Shown here in pieces: positions 18,855 to 29,648 of a DNA stretch of 64,000 nt. The notes beneath the pieces were generated by a model. It had not been told where the DNA came from. It ran no database searches and saw nothing but the letters and a program-made list of their open reading frames with translations. The position numbers and the translations under genes were made by a program. The stretch covers positions 4,026 through 68,025 of the forward strand of contig DASTIF010000083.1 of assembly GCA_035717805.1 (NCBI GenBank), written 5' to 3'. The DNA is from Sphingomicrobium sp. (GTDB lineage Bacteria > Pseudomonadota > Alphaproteobacteria > Sphingomonadales > Sphingomonadaceae). How positions within the stretch are numbered: the stretch's first letter is position 1; the number at the start of each line of letters is the position of its first letter.

Positions 18855-19837
18855 GTGTGGAACGGATAGCGGTGATTGGCGGCGGCGCCTGGGGCACCGC
18901 CCTGGCGCAGGTCGCGGCTGCCGGCGGACGCGAGACTTTGGTCTGGGCCCTTGAGAACGAAGTCATCGACGCGATCAACGCGGAGCACGCCAATCCCCTT
19001 TATCTTCCGGGAATTCCGCTCGATCCGGCGATACGCGCGACCTCGAAGCTGAACGACATCGCTTCGTGCGATGCGTGGCTGGTGGTCACGCCCGCGCAGC
19101 ACATGCGCGCCGTCCTGCAACAGGCTCCGCGCTGCGACGTGCCGCGAATTCTCTGCTCGAAGGGCATCGAGGAACATAGTGGCGAGCTCCTTCACAAGGT
19201 CGCAGCGGAAGCTTGTCCCGGCGCTCCGGTCGCGGTTCTTTCCGGCCCGACCTTTGCCCACGAAGTCGCCGCCGGCCTGCCGACGGCGGTCACGCTCGCC
19301 GCCGGGGATGAGGGCATGGCGCGGGCGCTGCGCGATCGCCTCGCCCGTCCCGCATTCCGGATTTACGTAAGCGACGACGTCGCCGGGGCCGAGGTCGGCG
19401 GAGCCGTCAAGAACGTCCTCGCGATCGCCTGCGGCGTCGTCGAAGGGCACGGCCTTGGCCAGAACGCGCGCTCTGCCCTGATCGCGCGCGGTTTTGCCGA
19501 AATGACGAGATTCGGAGTTGCGATGGGCGCGCGCCGCGAAACGCTTGCCGGACTGTCGGGCCTGGGCGACCTCGTGCTCACCTGCTCCTCGCCAAGGTCG
19601 CGCAATTATTCGCTCGGGGTCGGCCTCGGACAAGGCCGATCGGCCCGGGAGCTCATGGCCGACCGGGTGACCGTCGCCGAAGGCGCCTTCACCGCGCCGG
19701 TCCTCGCCAGGCTCGCGCGCGAAAAGGGCATCGACATGCCGATCGTCGGCGCGGTCGACCGGTTGCTCGCCGGGGCAAGCGTCGAATCCGTTCTCGAAAG
19801 CCTGCTTTCGCGCCCGCCGCGAGCGGAGGGGCTCTAG
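18851..19837 (+). CDS. gpsA: NAD(P)H-dependent glycerol-3-phosphate dehydrogenase
   Basis: GGGAWGTALA, SKGIE, SGPTFA, GAVKNV and GLGDL.LTC...SRN motifs. Confidence 0.96.
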   Translation: MSVERIAVIGGGAWGTALAQVAAAGGRETLVWALENEVIDAINAEHANPLYLPGIPLDPAIRATSKLNDIASCDAWLVVTPAQHMRAVLQQAPRCDVPRILCSKGIEEHSGELLHKVAAEACPGAPVAVLSGPTFAHEVAAGLPTAVTLAAGDEGMARALRDRLARPAFRIYVSDDVAGAEVGGAVKNVLAIACGVVEGHGLGQNARSALIARGFAEMTRFGVAMGARRETLAGLSGLGDLVLTCSSPRSRNYSLGVGLGQGRSARELMADRVTVAEGAFTAPVLARLAREKGIDMPIVGAVDRLLAGASVESVLESLLSRPPRAEGL

Positions 19838-20001
19838 AAATCGACGGCGATCCCCTTCTTTTCCCAGTCGCCGTAGCGCGTTGGGTCGGGCCCCGCCTCC
19901 GCGCCGGCGGGCGACTTCGCGGCTCCCGCTTCTTGCGGCTTCGGAACCGGCGGCGACCTGGACAAGGTTACTGGCGGGTCGAGATGCTTTGGCCGTTTCA
20001 T
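19834..20001 (-). CDS. DUF1674 (SDHAF4-like) small protein
   Basis: C-terminal GPDPTRYGDWEKKGIAVDF. Confidence 0.85.
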   Translation of the reverse strand: MKRPKHLDPPVTLSRSPPVPKPQEAGAAKSPAGAEAGPDPTRYGDWEKKGIAVDF

Positions 20002-20029
20002 GGCGACAAGATGAGGGCCGCCGAAGCCG

Positions 20030-21289
20030 ATGCCAAGCGTTGAAGGCCTGGCTTCACGCCGCGCCGCGTTACAGATGCTCGATGCGGTGCTCCGAAGCGG
20101 CCGGACTCTCGACTCGGCGGCCGCGACAGCGCGCGGCCTGTCCGATAGCGATCGGGCGCTTGCCGTCGCCATCGCGGGCGAAACGCTCCGCCGCTTGCCC
20201 GACCTCGACTCGCTGATCGACAGCGCGACCAAACGGTCGCTTCCCGACGACAGCAAGGCGCGCATGGTCTTGCGATTGGCACTCGCCCAGAAGGTCGCGC
20301 TGACAACCCCTGATCACGCTTTGGTCGCGACCGCCTTGCCGCTCGTGGACGGCGGCCCGCGGCGGCTGGTTCACGGGGTGTTGGGCACGCTTCTCCGCCG
20401 CGGGCCCACGCTTCCGGATGCGCCGCGCCTGCCGGATGCCGTCGAGCAGCGCTGGACCGATCAATGGGGCGCGGCCGTCGTCGAAGCCGCGCGCCGGCAG
20501 ATCGCGAGCCGACCGCCGCTGGACCTGACCTTCAAAAGCAGCGAAGCGGCGGACACCTATGCGGCGGAAAGCGGCGGCTTGTCCCTCGCGCCGCGCCATG
20601 TTCGTCTCGAGGATGCAGGCTCGGTTCCGGCCTTGGCGGGTTTCGATTCGGGCCAATGGTGGGTGCAGAATCTCGCCGCGTCGCTGCCCGCTCACCTAAT
20701 TCCTTCTCCGGTGAAGTCCGTGCTCGACCTCTGCTCGGCACCGGGCGGCAAAGCGATGCAGCTGGCCGCGACAGGCCACAACGTCACCGCCGTCGATTCT
20801 TCGGCGGAACGCCTCGAAAGATTGTCGGACAACCTGAAGCGCACGCGTTTGGATGTCGAACTGGTCTGCGCCGATGTGCTCGATTGGGAGCCGGATCGGC
20901 AGTTCGACGCCATCCTTCTCGATGCGCCCTGCTCGGCGACCGGCACGTTCCGCCGCCATCCCGAAATCCTCTATCGCGCGCGGCCCCGGGTCATCGCGGA
21001 TTCCGCCGATCTTCAGTCGCGGCTTGTCGCTCGCGCGGCCCGGTGGCTGCGGCCCGGAGGAATCCTGGTCTATTCGGTCTGTTCGCTCGAGCGGAAAGAG
21101 GGGGAAGATGTCATCGAGGCCTTTCTGGCTTCAAATCCTCACTATAGCGTCGAACCGCCGACAGGCGGCGAGCTTCCCGATTTCGTTAATCCAACGACCG
21201 AAGGATTTGTCCGGATACTCCCCGGTCTTCTCGAAAGCGAAGGCGGACTGGACGGCTTCTTCGCCGCCCGCCTTGTCCGCGCCGATTAA
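20030..21289 (+). CDS. rsmB: RsmB/NOP family RNA m5C methyltransferase
   Basis: NusB-like N-terminus. DLCSAPGGK, LLDAPCSATG.FRRHP, YSVCS and DGFF motifs. Confidence 0.9.
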   Translation: MPSVEGLASRRAALQMLDAVLRSGRTLDSAAATARGLSDSDRALAVAIAGETLRRLPDLDSLIDSATKRSLPDDSKARMVLRLALAQKVALTTPDHALVATALPLVDGGPRRLVHGVLGTLLRRGPTLPDAPRLPDAVEQRWTDQWGAAVVEAARRQIASRPPLDLTFKSSEAADTYAAESGGLSLAPRHVRLEDAGSVPALAGFDSGQWWVQNLAASLPAHLIPSPVKSVLDLCSAPGGKAMQLAATGHNVTAVDSSAERLERLSDNLKRTRLDVELVCADVLDWEPDRQFDAILLDAPCSATGTFRRHPEILYRARPRVIADSADLQSRLVARAARWLRPGGILVYSVCSLERKEGEDVIEAFLASNPHYSVEPPTGGELPDFVNPTTEGFVRILPGLLESEGGLDGFFAARLVRAD

Positions 21290-21307
21290 TATCGTCTAAT
21301 CGGGCCA

Positions 21308-21970
21308 ATGGCCGGTCCCCTCATCGCCCCATCCATCCTTTCCGCCGACTTCGCCAGGCTCGGCGAAGAGGTCCGCGCGATCGACGCGGCCGGAGCCGAC
21401 TGGATTCATATCGACGTCATGGACGGCCATTTCGTGCCGAACATCTCGATCGGCCCAACCGTCGTGAAGGCGCTTCGCCCGCACACTCAAAAGCCCTTCG
21501 ACGTTCATCTGATGATCTCGCCGGTCGATCCGTTTCTCGATGCTTTCGCCGAGGCCGGGGCGGACGTCATCACCGTTCATCCGGAAGCCGGACCGCACAT
21601 CCATCGCACCATCCAGCGGATCAAGGCTCTCGGCAAAAAGGCGGGCGTCTCGCTCAACCCGGCCACCCCGGCGAAAACGCTCGATTATCTGCTAGAGGAC
21701 ATCGACCTCGTTTTGGTGATGAGCGTCAATCCGGGCTTCGGCGGGCAGAAGTTCATTGCCAGCCAACTCAAGAAGCTGGAAGCCGTGGCGAGCCGGATTT
21801 CCAAGGAAAATCTGGCGGTCGAGCTCGAGATCGACGGTGGCATCGATCCCGAAACGGCCCGCCAGGCGGTCGATGCCGGCGCGACCGTCCTCGTCGCCGG
21901 AACGGCCGCCTTCCGCGGCGGGCCGGACAATTATGCGTCCAACATAAGAGCGCTTCGGGGCGAGGGATGA
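21308..21970 (+). CDS. rpe: Ribulose-phosphate 3-epimerase
   Basis: [31 protein letters not shown] and DGG motifs. Confidence 0.97.
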   Translation: MAGPLIAPSILSADFARLGEEVRAIDAAGADWIHIDVMDGHFVPNISIGPTVVKALRPHTQKPFDVHLMISPVDPFLDAFAEAGADVITVHPEAGPHIHRTIQRIKALGKKAGVSLNPATPAKTLDYLLEDIDLVLVMSVNPGFGGQKFIASQLKKLEAVASRISKENLAVELEIDGGIDPETARQAVDAGATVLVAGTAAFRGGPDNYASNIRALRGEG

Positions 21971-23619
21971 GCGCACAGGACGCCGCGGCGCGCGACGTCG
22001 TCCGCAAGCTTGCGAAGGGCCCGCTGCTGTCGCGGCTGATGGGCTCCGGCCGCCAGAAGCTTCGGCTCGTTGCGGTCCCGCGCGACCATGTCCAGGGCGA
22101 TCGCGTTCGGGGCGAGGCGATCCTTGCCGGCACGTTCCGATACGGCCGCGAATCGCTACCGCTGGCGGACCTGAATTTCGCGAGCGTCGGGACCGATGGG
22201 GCGCTTGCCGAGCAATTGCAGGGCTTCTCCTGGCTTCGCGACCTTGCCGCCTCGGCTTCGCGCGAAAAGGGCGCCAGGCTCGCCGAAGCCATCGTCGGCC
22301 GCTGGCTGCTGGCGCACGGCACCCGGATCGACGCCGCCTGGCGCCCGGACCTGTGGGGCGAGCGAATCCTCTTCTGGACCGCCTACGCCCCCTACATCTT
22401 GTCGAGCGCCGACGGCGGCTATCGATCGGCGCTCCTCAACACGCTGGCGCGCGGCGCCCGGCACCTCGAAGCCAATGCCGACCGCGCGCCGGCGGGATTG
22501 AAACGGGTCACCGCCTGGGCCGGCGTGGTTGCCGCGACCCTTCTCGTTCAGAGCGAGCTGGGCCGGATCGCGCGCGCCGAAGCGGGGCTCGGCCGGGCGC
22601 TCGCTTCCGCCCAATATGACGACGGCGGCCTGGTCAGCCGGACGCCCTACGAACAGGTTCTTCTGGTCGACCGCCTCGGGCTGCTTCGCTCGGCCTATTT
22701 CGCCGCCAAGCATAATCCGCCCGAGAATTTCGAAGCCGCCGCTGCGGCAGCCTTGTCGGCGCTCCACGGAGTCATCCTGGGCGACGGCGGCCTGTCGAGC
22801 TGGCAGGGCGGCAATCCCGAAGAATCGGCCCGGCTGACCGCGATCATCGAGGGCTGCGGGCTGCGTGCGCGGCCGCTCAGGCAGCCGCGTGGCTGGGGGT
22901 TTCACCGCTTGTCGGCGCTTGGAACGATCGTCGTCGTCGACGCTGCTCCGCCTCCCCCGGCGAAGGCCGCGCCTTCGGGCTGCGCGTCGACACTGGCCTT
23001 CGAGCTGTCCGACGGAGCGCAGCGGCTGGTGATCAATTGCGGCGGGCCGGCGCCGCTTCCGACCGAAATGCCCGCCGGTCTGGTCGAGGGCCTGCGCACC
23101 ACCGCCGCGCACAGTGCCGTGACGGTGGCCGACACCAATTCGACGGCGATCCTTTCGGACGGGTCGCTCGGCAAAGGCGTGAGCGACGTCCTCGTCGACC
23201 GGATCGAGGACAATGACAGCTCGCGGATCGTCGCCAGCCACGATGGATATATGCGCGGCTTCGGCCTGCTCCATCGCCGGATTCTCACCCTCGGCAATGA
23301 CGGCAAGGAGCTTCGCGGGTCCGACGAGCTGGTGCCCAAAAGCAGGCGGAAAGCGAAGGACGGCACCCCGTTCGCGGTTCGCTTTCACCTGGCCGCCGGA
23401 ATCGAGCCGACCGTCACCGCGGACGGAATGGGCGCGATCCTTCGCTCGCCGGGCGCTCCGCCGTGGAACTTCCGCTCGCGCGGCTCGGCGATCTCGGTCG
23501 AGGAGAGCCTGTCGGTCGACGGGCACGGGGTTCCGCACCGAACGACTCAATTGGTTATCAACGGCGAGGCGGCGTCGGCCGGCGCCGAAGTCCACTGGCA
23601 GTTCCGCCGGTCGAGCTGA
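21967..23619 (+). CDS. Heparinase II/III family protein
   Basis: HSA, AFELS...LVINCG, ASHDGY, HRR and VRFHL motifs. Located between rpe and purH. Confidence 0.8.
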   Translation: MSAQDAAARDVVRKLAKGPLLSRLMGSGRQKLRLVAVPRDHVQGDRVRGEAILAGTFRYGRESLPLADLNFASVGTDGALAEQLQGFSWLRDLAASASREKGARLAEAIVGRWLLAHGTRIDAAWRPDLWGERILFWTAYAPYILSSADGGYRSALLNTLARGARHLEANADRAPAGLKRVTAWAGVVAATLLVQSELGRIARAEAGLGRALASAQYDDGGLVSRTPYEQVLLVDRLGLLRSAYFAAKHNPPENFEAAAAAALSALHGVILGDGGLSSWQGGNPEESARLTAIIEGCGLRARPLRQPRGWGFHRLSALGTIVVVDAAPPPPAKAAPSGCASTLAFELSDGAQRLVINCGGPAPLPTEMPAGLVEGLRTTAAHSAVTVADTNSTAILSDGSLGKGVSDVLVDRIEDNDSSRIVASHDGYMRGFGLLHRRILTLGNDGKELRGSDELVPKSRRKAKDGTPFAVRFHLAAGIEPTVTADGMGAILRSPGAPPWNFRSRGSAISVEESLSVDGHGVPHRTTQLVINGEAASAGAEVHWQFRRSS

Positions 23620-23630
23620 AAAAGGGAGCA

Positions 23631-25226
23631 ATGATGTCCGATCTCGTGCCTGTCCGCAGGGCGCTCGTTTCCGTTTCCGACAAGGATGGGCTGGACAGGC
23701 TCGCAGCGGCGCTCGCGGGGCGCGGCGTCGAGCTGGTATCGACCGGAGGAACCGCTTCGAAGCTTCGCGAGAGCGGCGCCGAGGTTCGCGACATCAGCGA
23801 CCTCACCGGCTTTCCCGAGATGATGGACGGGCGTGTGAAGACGCTCCACCCGAAGGTCCACGGCGGCCTTCTCGCAGTCCGCGACAATGCAGAGCATTCG
23901 GCGGCGATGGCGGAGCACGGCATCGGCGCCATCGATCTCGTCGTCGTCAACCTCTATCCGTTCGAGGCAACGGTCGAGCGCGGCGCGAGCCGCGACGAGA
24001 TCATCGAGAATATCGACATCGGCGGCCCGTCGATGGTGCGCTCGGCGGCGAAGAACCATCGCTTCGTGACGATTGTCACCGACCCGGCCGATTATGGCGA
24101 GCTGATTGCCGAGCTCGAAAGGAATGGCGGCGCGACGTCGCTCGACTTTCGCAAGCGAATAGCGGCCAAGGCTTTCGCTCTGACCGCCGCCTACGATTCC
24201 GCGATCTCGCAATGGTTCGCGTTCGGCGACCAGGGCGAGATGTTCCCGGACAGGATCAGTCTCGCAATGCGCAGGGGCGCCGAACTTCGCTACGGCGAGA
24301 ATCCGCACCAGAAGGCGGCGCTCTATCTTGCGACAGGGCCGCAGTCTTCGGGCGTCGCCCAGGCAGAGCAAATCCAGGGCAAGGAGCTGAGCTACAACAA
24401 TATCAACGACGCCGACGCCGCGCTCGAACTGGTCGCCGAATTTCGAGATTCCGATCCGACGATCGTCATCGTCAAGCACGCCAACCCCTGCGGAGTCGCG
24501 ACTCGAGGATCGCTGGTCGAAGCCTGGACCGAAGCGCTCGCCTGCGACAGCGTCTCCGCATTCGGTGGAATCGTCGCGACCAACCGGTCCCTCGACGGCG
24601 CGACAGCCGAGGCCATCGCCGCCATTTTCACCGAAGTGGTTGTCGCTCCCGATGCCGACGCTGATGCCCGCGCGATCTTCGCAAGGAAGAAGAACCTGCG
24701 TCTGCTCCTCACCGGCGCTCTTCCCGATCCCGCCCGGCCGGGGATGAATTTGAAGTCCATCGCCGGCGGCTGGCTGGTCCAGACCCGCGACAACGGCTCG
24801 GTCACCCGCGAGGCTCTTACATGCGTCACGAAACGCGAGCTGAGCGAGCAGGAACTGAGCGATTGCCTGTTCGCCTGGACGGTGGCCAAGCACGTCAAGT
24901 CCAACGCCATCGTCTATGCGAAAGACGGGGTCACCGCCGGCATCGGCGCCGGGCAGATGAACCGGCGCGACAGCGCGAGGATCGCCGCCATTCGCGCTCG
25001 CGAGGCGGCCGAGGCCAACGGCTGGGCCGAGCCGCGCACAACAGGCTCGGCAGTCGCTTCGGACGCTTTCTTTCCCTTCGCCGATGGCCTGCTGTCAGCC
25101 GCGGAAGCCGGCGCGACGGCCGTGATCCAGCCCGGCGGCTCGATCCGCGACGAGGAAGTCATCGCCGCCGCCGACGAGGCCGGCCTTGCCATGCTGTTTA
25201 CCGGCATGCGCCACTTTCGGCACTGA
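23631..25226 (+). CDS. purH: Bifunctional AICAR transformylase/IMP cyclohydrolase
   Basis: [44 protein letters not shown] and C-terminal RHFRH. Confidence 0.98.
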   Translation: MMSDLVPVRRALVSVSDKDGLDRLAAALAGRGVELVSTGGTASKLRESGAEVRDISDLTGFPEMMDGRVKTLHPKVHGGLLAVRDNAEHSAAMAEHGIGAIDLVVVNLYPFEATVERGASRDEIIENIDIGGPSMVRSAAKNHRFVTIVTDPADYGELIAELERNGGATSLDFRKRIAAKAFALTAAYDSAISQWFAFGDQGEMFPDRISLAMRRGAELRYGENPHQKAALYLATGPQSSGVAQAEQIQGKELSYNNINDADAALELVAEFRDSDPTIVIVKHANPCGVATRGSLVEAWTEALACDSVSAFGGIVATNRSLDGATAEAIAAIFTEVVVAPDADADARAIFARKKNLRLLLTGALPDPARPGMNLKSIAGGWLVQTRDNGSVTREALTCVTKRELSEQELSDCLFAWTVAKHVKSNAIVYAKDGVTAGIGAGQMNRRDSARIAAIRAREAAEANGWAEPRTTGSAVASDAFFPFADGLLSAAEAGATAVIQPGGSIRDEEVIAAADEAGLAMLFTGMRHFRH

Positions 25227-26801
25227 TCAGCGGGCAGGGTCCTCGGTCGTTCCTGGCGGGGGGACGCCGAGCTCTTCGATATCCTCTTTCTTCATCCGGA
25301 ACAGTTCGCGGTCCTGCGGCCCGAATCCCTTGGTCCACAGGATTGCCCCGAACGCGGCGAGGATCGCTGGGATTCCGACCAGAAGCTCGAGCCATTCCGG
25401 GAGCAAGGTCGCGACGTAGCCCGCTACCGTACCCGCCGCGGCGGCCCAGACCAGCGGCCAGCGCCACCCGTTCACCCTTCCGCCGAGGATAACGCAAAGC
25501 AGGCGCGACTTGGCGATCGCCGCGAAGCCGAGCGCGAGGGTCAGGGCGATGGCGGGCCCGGTCGCCTGCCACATGACCGGAAGGTCGAGACGGCGCATCA
25601 GCAGGATCAGCGCAACGGCCAATCCTGCCTCGAGCGCAATCATCGCCAGGCTGAGAAGCATGTTGCGGTGGCGGGCGACGTAGATCAGGGCCGCCTCGCT
25701 TACCGCCGCCATCGCCGCCACCACTTCGGCCGCGAGAAGGAAGCCGAGCGCCGCCGTCCCCGACACGAAGGCGGGGCCGACCAGCCCCATCACAGCCTCG
25801 CCCGGAATGCCGAGCGCGAGCGCGACCCCGAGCTGGGCGCCGATTACCCAGAAGCCGACCTGGCGCACCTGCTTGGCGACCGCCGCCTTGTCGCCGTCCT
25901 TCAGGTTGCGGGCGATGACCGGCCCGAGGATCGGATCGAAGCTGGTCTTGAGCTTGGACGGGAGCGAGGCGACGTTCTGCGCGACATAATAGATTCCGAC
26001 GACCCGCGGCTCGAAGAACAGTCCGAGCACGGCGATGTCGATCCGCCGCGAGCCCCATTCGACGGCGTCCGCGGCGGCCACCGGAATGTTCCGGCGCGCC
26101 ATCAGCCACAGACCGACGGGCTCGGGCCGCCATTCGTGCGGAATTCCGTAACTCTTCAGGAAGGGGATCAGAGAGGCGACCAGGGCGCCGACCATCGACA
26201 GGACGTAAGCGATGATCAGACCGTCGCGGGTCGAGATGAAGGACCATCCCAAGGCGGCCGCGCTGATGATCACCGGTTCGACCACCGCCCTCGCGCGGAC
26301 GGTGGAGGTGACGTCATTGCGATAGGCGAGCGCGGCGAGCGTGATGTCCGACCAGGCGAGGGCGATGATGGTGATCGGAAGCAGCCATTCGAGCCCGGTG
26401 ATCTGGCTGTTGGGGAACATCGCCTGCGGAAAAATCATCAGGATCGCCATCGCGAGGATCGAACCCAAAGCGGCGACGATCAGCGCGTCCCAGGCGATGC
26501 AGGCGTGCGGCTTTTCGGTATGCGCCAGCTGCTGCGCCAGTCCCCGCTTGAGGCCCAGAGTTGCAAGCTGCGCGGCGAATTCGACGATCAGAACCGCATA
26601 AGCGAACCGGCCCAGCGCGGCGGCGCCGTACAGCCTCCCGGCGATGAACAGGAACGGCAGCCGAGCCGCAAGCCGGAGGCAGAAACCGAAAAAGTTGATC
26701 CGTCCGCCGCGTGCAAGCGCGGCCAGGTCGGCGGTGGGCGCGGTTGTCCCTCCCCCTCTCCCGCCCGCGGGCGAGGGCCGGGGTGAGGGCAATTTGCTCA
26801 A
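25227..26801 (-). CDS. Polysaccharide/oligosaccharide flippase (Wzx/MOP superfamily)
   Basis: 12 or more hydrophobic segments. [14 protein letters not shown] and G.YYVA motifs. Probable TTG start overlaps the polA stop. Confidence 0.8.
   Translation of the reverse strand: MSKLPSPRPSPAGGRGGGTTAPTADLAALARGGRINFFGFCLRLAARLPFLFIAGRLYGAAALGRFAYAVLIVEFAAQLATLGLKRGLAQQLAHTEKPHACIAWDALIVAALGSILAMAILMIFPQAMFPNSQITGLEWLLPITIIALAWSDITLAALAYRNDVTSTVRARAVVEPVIISAAALGWSFISTRDGLIIAYVLSMVGALVASLIPFLKSYGIPHEWRPEPVGLWLMARRNIPVAAADAVEWGSRRIDIAVLGLFFEPRVVGIYYVAQNVASLPSKLKTSFDPILGPVIARNLKDGDKAAVAKQVRQVGFWVIGAQLGVALALGIPGEAVMGLVGPAFVSGTAALGFLLAAEVVAAMAAVSEAALIYVARHRNMLLSLAMIALEAGLAVALILLMRRLDLPVMWQATGPAIALTLALGFAAIAKSRLLCVILGGRVNGWRWPLVWAAAAGTVAGYVATLLPEWLELLVGIPAILAAFGAILWTKGFGPQDRELFRMKKEDIEELGVPPPGTTEDPAR
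26754..26789 (-). repeat. Short palindromic repeat element inside the flippase 5' coding region
   Basis: Minus strand CCCTCACCCCGGCCCTCGCCCGCGGGCGGGAGAGGG. Imperfect hairpin CCCTCGCCCG/CGGGAGAGGG. Translates as [12 protein letters not shown]. Confidence 0.6.
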
Positions 26802-29602
26802 TGCGCCGCGCCCCAATGCTCGCCCCAGCCGACCTCGACGTCGAGGGGAACGTCGAGGGTCATCGATGGCTCGGCGGCTTTCGACATGACCTCGCGGATG
26901 ACCGCCGCGGCCTCTTCCTCGCGCCCTTCCGGCACTTCGAACACCAGTTCGTCGTGCACCTGGAGGAGCATCTTCACGCCTTCCAGGCCGGCGTCGGCAA
27001 GCACACCATCCATCCGCGCCATCGCCCGTTTGATGAGATCGGCGCTGGTGCCCTGGATCGGCGCGTTGATCGCCGCACGCTCGGCGCCGCCGCGAAGCGA
27101 CGGATTGCCCGCGCGGATGTTGGGGAAGTGGGTCTTTCGGCCGAACAGGGTGCGTGTAAACCCGTGCTCGCGCGCGAATTGAAGCGTCTGCTCGATGTAG
27201 GTTCTGATGCCAGGGAAACGCTCGAAATAGCGGTCGATGATCGCCTTGCCTTCATCCTTCGGAATCCCGAGCCGGCCTGCAAGACCCCACGACGAAACTC
27301 CGTAGAGGATCGCGAAATTGACCATTTTGGCGGTGTCGCGCTTGTCGCGCTCGGCCGAACCGAACAGCTCCTGCGCGGTCATGCTGTGGATGTCGGCCTG
27401 CTCGCGAAAGGCGGCCTTCAACTGCGGCACGTCGGCCATGTGCGCGGCCAGCCGCAACTCGATCTGGCTATAGTCGGCGCTCATCAGCACATTGCCCGGC
27501 TCGGCGACGAAGGCGTCGCGGATCTTGCGGCCGATCTCGGTACGGATGGGGATGTTCTGCAAGTTGGGGTCGTTCGACGCCAGCCGGCCGGTCTGCGCTC
27601 CGGCAAGGCTGAAACTGGTGTGGACCCGCCCGGTCTCGGGGTTGATCTGCGCCTGCAGGGCGTCGGTGTAGGTGCTCTTGAGCTTGCTCAGTTGCCGCCA
27701 GTCGAGCACGAGCCGGGCGCATTCGACGCCCTCGCCCGCAAGCCGCTCGAGCTCGTTGACGTCGGTCGAATATTGGCCGCTCTTGCCCTTCCGCCCGCCT
27801 TTGAGGCCGAGCCTTTCGTAGAGCACCTGGCCGAGCTGCTGCGGGGAGCCGATGGTGAACGGGCCGCACGCGGCCTCGTAGATCCGCTCTTCGAGCCTGG
27901 CGATCTCGTCGGCGAACTCGCGGCTGAGCCTGGCCAGATAGTCGCGGTCGACCTTGACCCCGCGCCGTTCCATCCTCCCGATCACTGCGACCAGCGGCTT
28001 GTCGACCCGCTCATAGACCCGCGCGACATTGTCCCGCGCGATCCTCGGCTTCAGCCGAAGCCAGAGCCGGAGCGTGATGTCCGCGTCCTCGGCGGCATAT
28101 TCGGTCGCCCTGTCGAGCGGCACCTTGTCGAAGGTGATCTGGCTTTTGCCGGTTCCGCACACGGCCTTGAACGGAATGCATTCGTGCTCGAAGTGAAGCT
28201 TCGCCAGCTCGTCGAGGCCGTGGCCGTGAAGGCCGGCGTCGAGGTCGAAGCTCAGGATCATCGTGTCGTCGACCGGCGCGACCTCGATCCCGGCCTTGTC
28301 GAACATCACCCAGTCATATTTGAAATTATGCCCGATCTTGAGGATCGCGGGGTCTTCCAGAAGCGGCTTCAGTTTTTCCAGCACCACCGCCATCGGCAGC
28401 TGGTTGGGCGCATCAGAATAAAGATCGGCGCCGCTGTGCCCGACCGGGATGTAGCAGGCGCGGTTGGGATCGGTCGCGAGGCTGATGCCAGCGAGCCTCG
28501 CGATCACGCAGTCGATGCAGTCGGTCTCGGTGTCGATCGCGACGCGGCCTAGAGCGCGCGCCTCGGCAATCCAGCGGTCGAGCGATTCCTCGTCCGTGAC
28601 CGTCTCGTAGAGCGAGCGGTCGACCTTAATCGTTTCCGGCTCCGCGGGATGGGCGGGAGTCGAGGCGATCGTCGCGGCGGTGAGGTTTATCCCGCCGCCG
28701 CTGCTGCTTCGGCCCGAGGTCGGACTGCCGCCGCCGGCCAGACGGGTCAAAAGCGACTTGAACCCCATTTCTTCGAGGAAAGCCTGAAGCGGCCCGGGCG
28801 GGATACCCTTCAACGCCAGCTCCTCGATCGGCTGCGGAAGCGCCGCATCGCACACCAGCTCGACCAGCTTTCGGGAAAGCCGCGCATTGTCGGCATGGTC
28901 GATCAGCGACTGCTTGAGCTTGGGTTTGGTGATGGTCTCCGCACCCGCCAGAACCGCCTCCAGCGACCCGAAATCGGCGATCAGCTGCGACGCGGTCTTC
29001 GGCCCGATGCCGGGCACTCCGGGCACATTGTCGACCTTGTCGCCCATCAGCGCCAGCACGTCGCCGAGCTCGTTCGGCCCGACGCCGAACTTCTCGCGGA
29101 CGTAGGCGCTGTCGATCCGCCGGTCGTTCATCGTGTCGAGCATATCGACCGCGCCGTCCTCGACCAATTGCATCAGATCCTTGTCGGAGCTGACGATGGT
29201 CACCTTCCACCCGGCGCGCTTCGCCTCGTGGACGTAGCAGGCGATGATGTCATCCGCCTCCAGCCCCGATTCCTCGATGCAGGGAATCGAAAAGGCACGC
29301 GTCGCGTCGCGGATCAGCGGGAATTGCGGGACCAGATCTTCGGGCGGCGGCGGCCGGTGTGCCTTGTACTGGTCGTACATCTCGTTCCGGAACGTATGCT
29401 CCGAAGCATCGAGGATGACCGCCATATGAGTGGGACCGTCGGCCTTGTTCAGCCCGTCGGCGAGCTTCCACAACATGGTCGTATAGCCGTAGACCGCACC
29501 TGCCGGCTGGCCGTGCCGGTTGGTAAGCGGCGGCAGCCGGTGATAGGCGCGAAAGATATAGCTCGACCCGTCGACGAGATAGAGGTGGTTCTGCTCAGGC
29601 AT
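26798..29602 (-). CDS. polA: DNA polymerase I
   Basis: LVDGSSYIFRAYH, DNVPGVPGIGPKTA, IDTET, PNLQNIP, ADYSQIELR and LQVHDELVFE motifs. Confidence 0.99.
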   Translation of the reverse strand: MPEQNHLYLVDGSSYIFRAYHRLPPLTNRHGQPAGAVYGYTTMLWKLADGLNKADGPTHMAVILDASEHTFRNEMYDQYKAHRPPPPEDLVPQFPLIRDATRAFSIPCIEESGLEADDIIACYVHEAKRAGWKVTIVSSDKDLMQLVEDGAVDMLDTMNDRRIDSAYVREKFGVGPNELGDVLALMGDKVDNVPGVPGIGPKTASQLIADFGSLEAVLAGAETITKPKLKQSLIDHADNARLSRKLVELVCDAALPQPIEELALKGIPPGPLQAFLEEMGFKSLLTRLAGGGSPTSGRSSSGGGINLTAATIASTPAHPAEPETIKVDRSLYETVTDEESLDRWIAEARALGRVAIDTETDCIDCVIARLAGISLATDPNRACYIPVGHSGADLYSDAPNQLPMAVVLEKLKPLLEDPAILKIGHNFKYDWVMFDKAGIEVAPVDDTMILSFDLDAGLHGHGLDELAKLHFEHECIPFKAVCGTGKSQITFDKVPLDRATEYAAEDADITLRLWLRLKPRIARDNVARVYERVDKPLVAVIGRMERRGVKVDRDYLARLSREFADEIARLEERIYEAACGPFTIGSPQQLGQVLYERLGLKGGRKGKSGQYSTDVNELERLAGEGVECARLVLDWRQLSKLKSTYTDALQAQINPETGRVHTSFSLAGAQTGRLASNDPNLQNIPIRTEIGRKIRDAFVAEPGNVLMSADYSQIELRLAAHMADVPQLKAAFREQADIHSMTAQELFGSAERDKRDTAKMVNFAILYGVSSWGLAGRLGIPKDEGKAIIDRYFERFPGIRTYIEQTLQFAREHGFTRTLFGRKTHFPNIRAGNPSLRGGAERAAINAPIQGTSADLIKRAMARMDGVLADAGLEGVKMLLQVHDELVFEVPEGREEEAAAVIREVMSKAAEPSMTLDVPLDVEVGWGEHWGAAH

Positions 29603-29648
29603 GAGAGGCCGGGTTTAGCAGAGCCTTTGCCCGCCGCGAGTAGTTTCT

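Noticed and set aside
21967-23619. Heparinase as evidence of a glycosaminoglycan utilisation locus
   Set aside because: The rsmB-rpe-heparinase-purH order is ordinary alphaproteobacterial core synteny, and there is no TonB receptor or sugar catabolism gene nearby.
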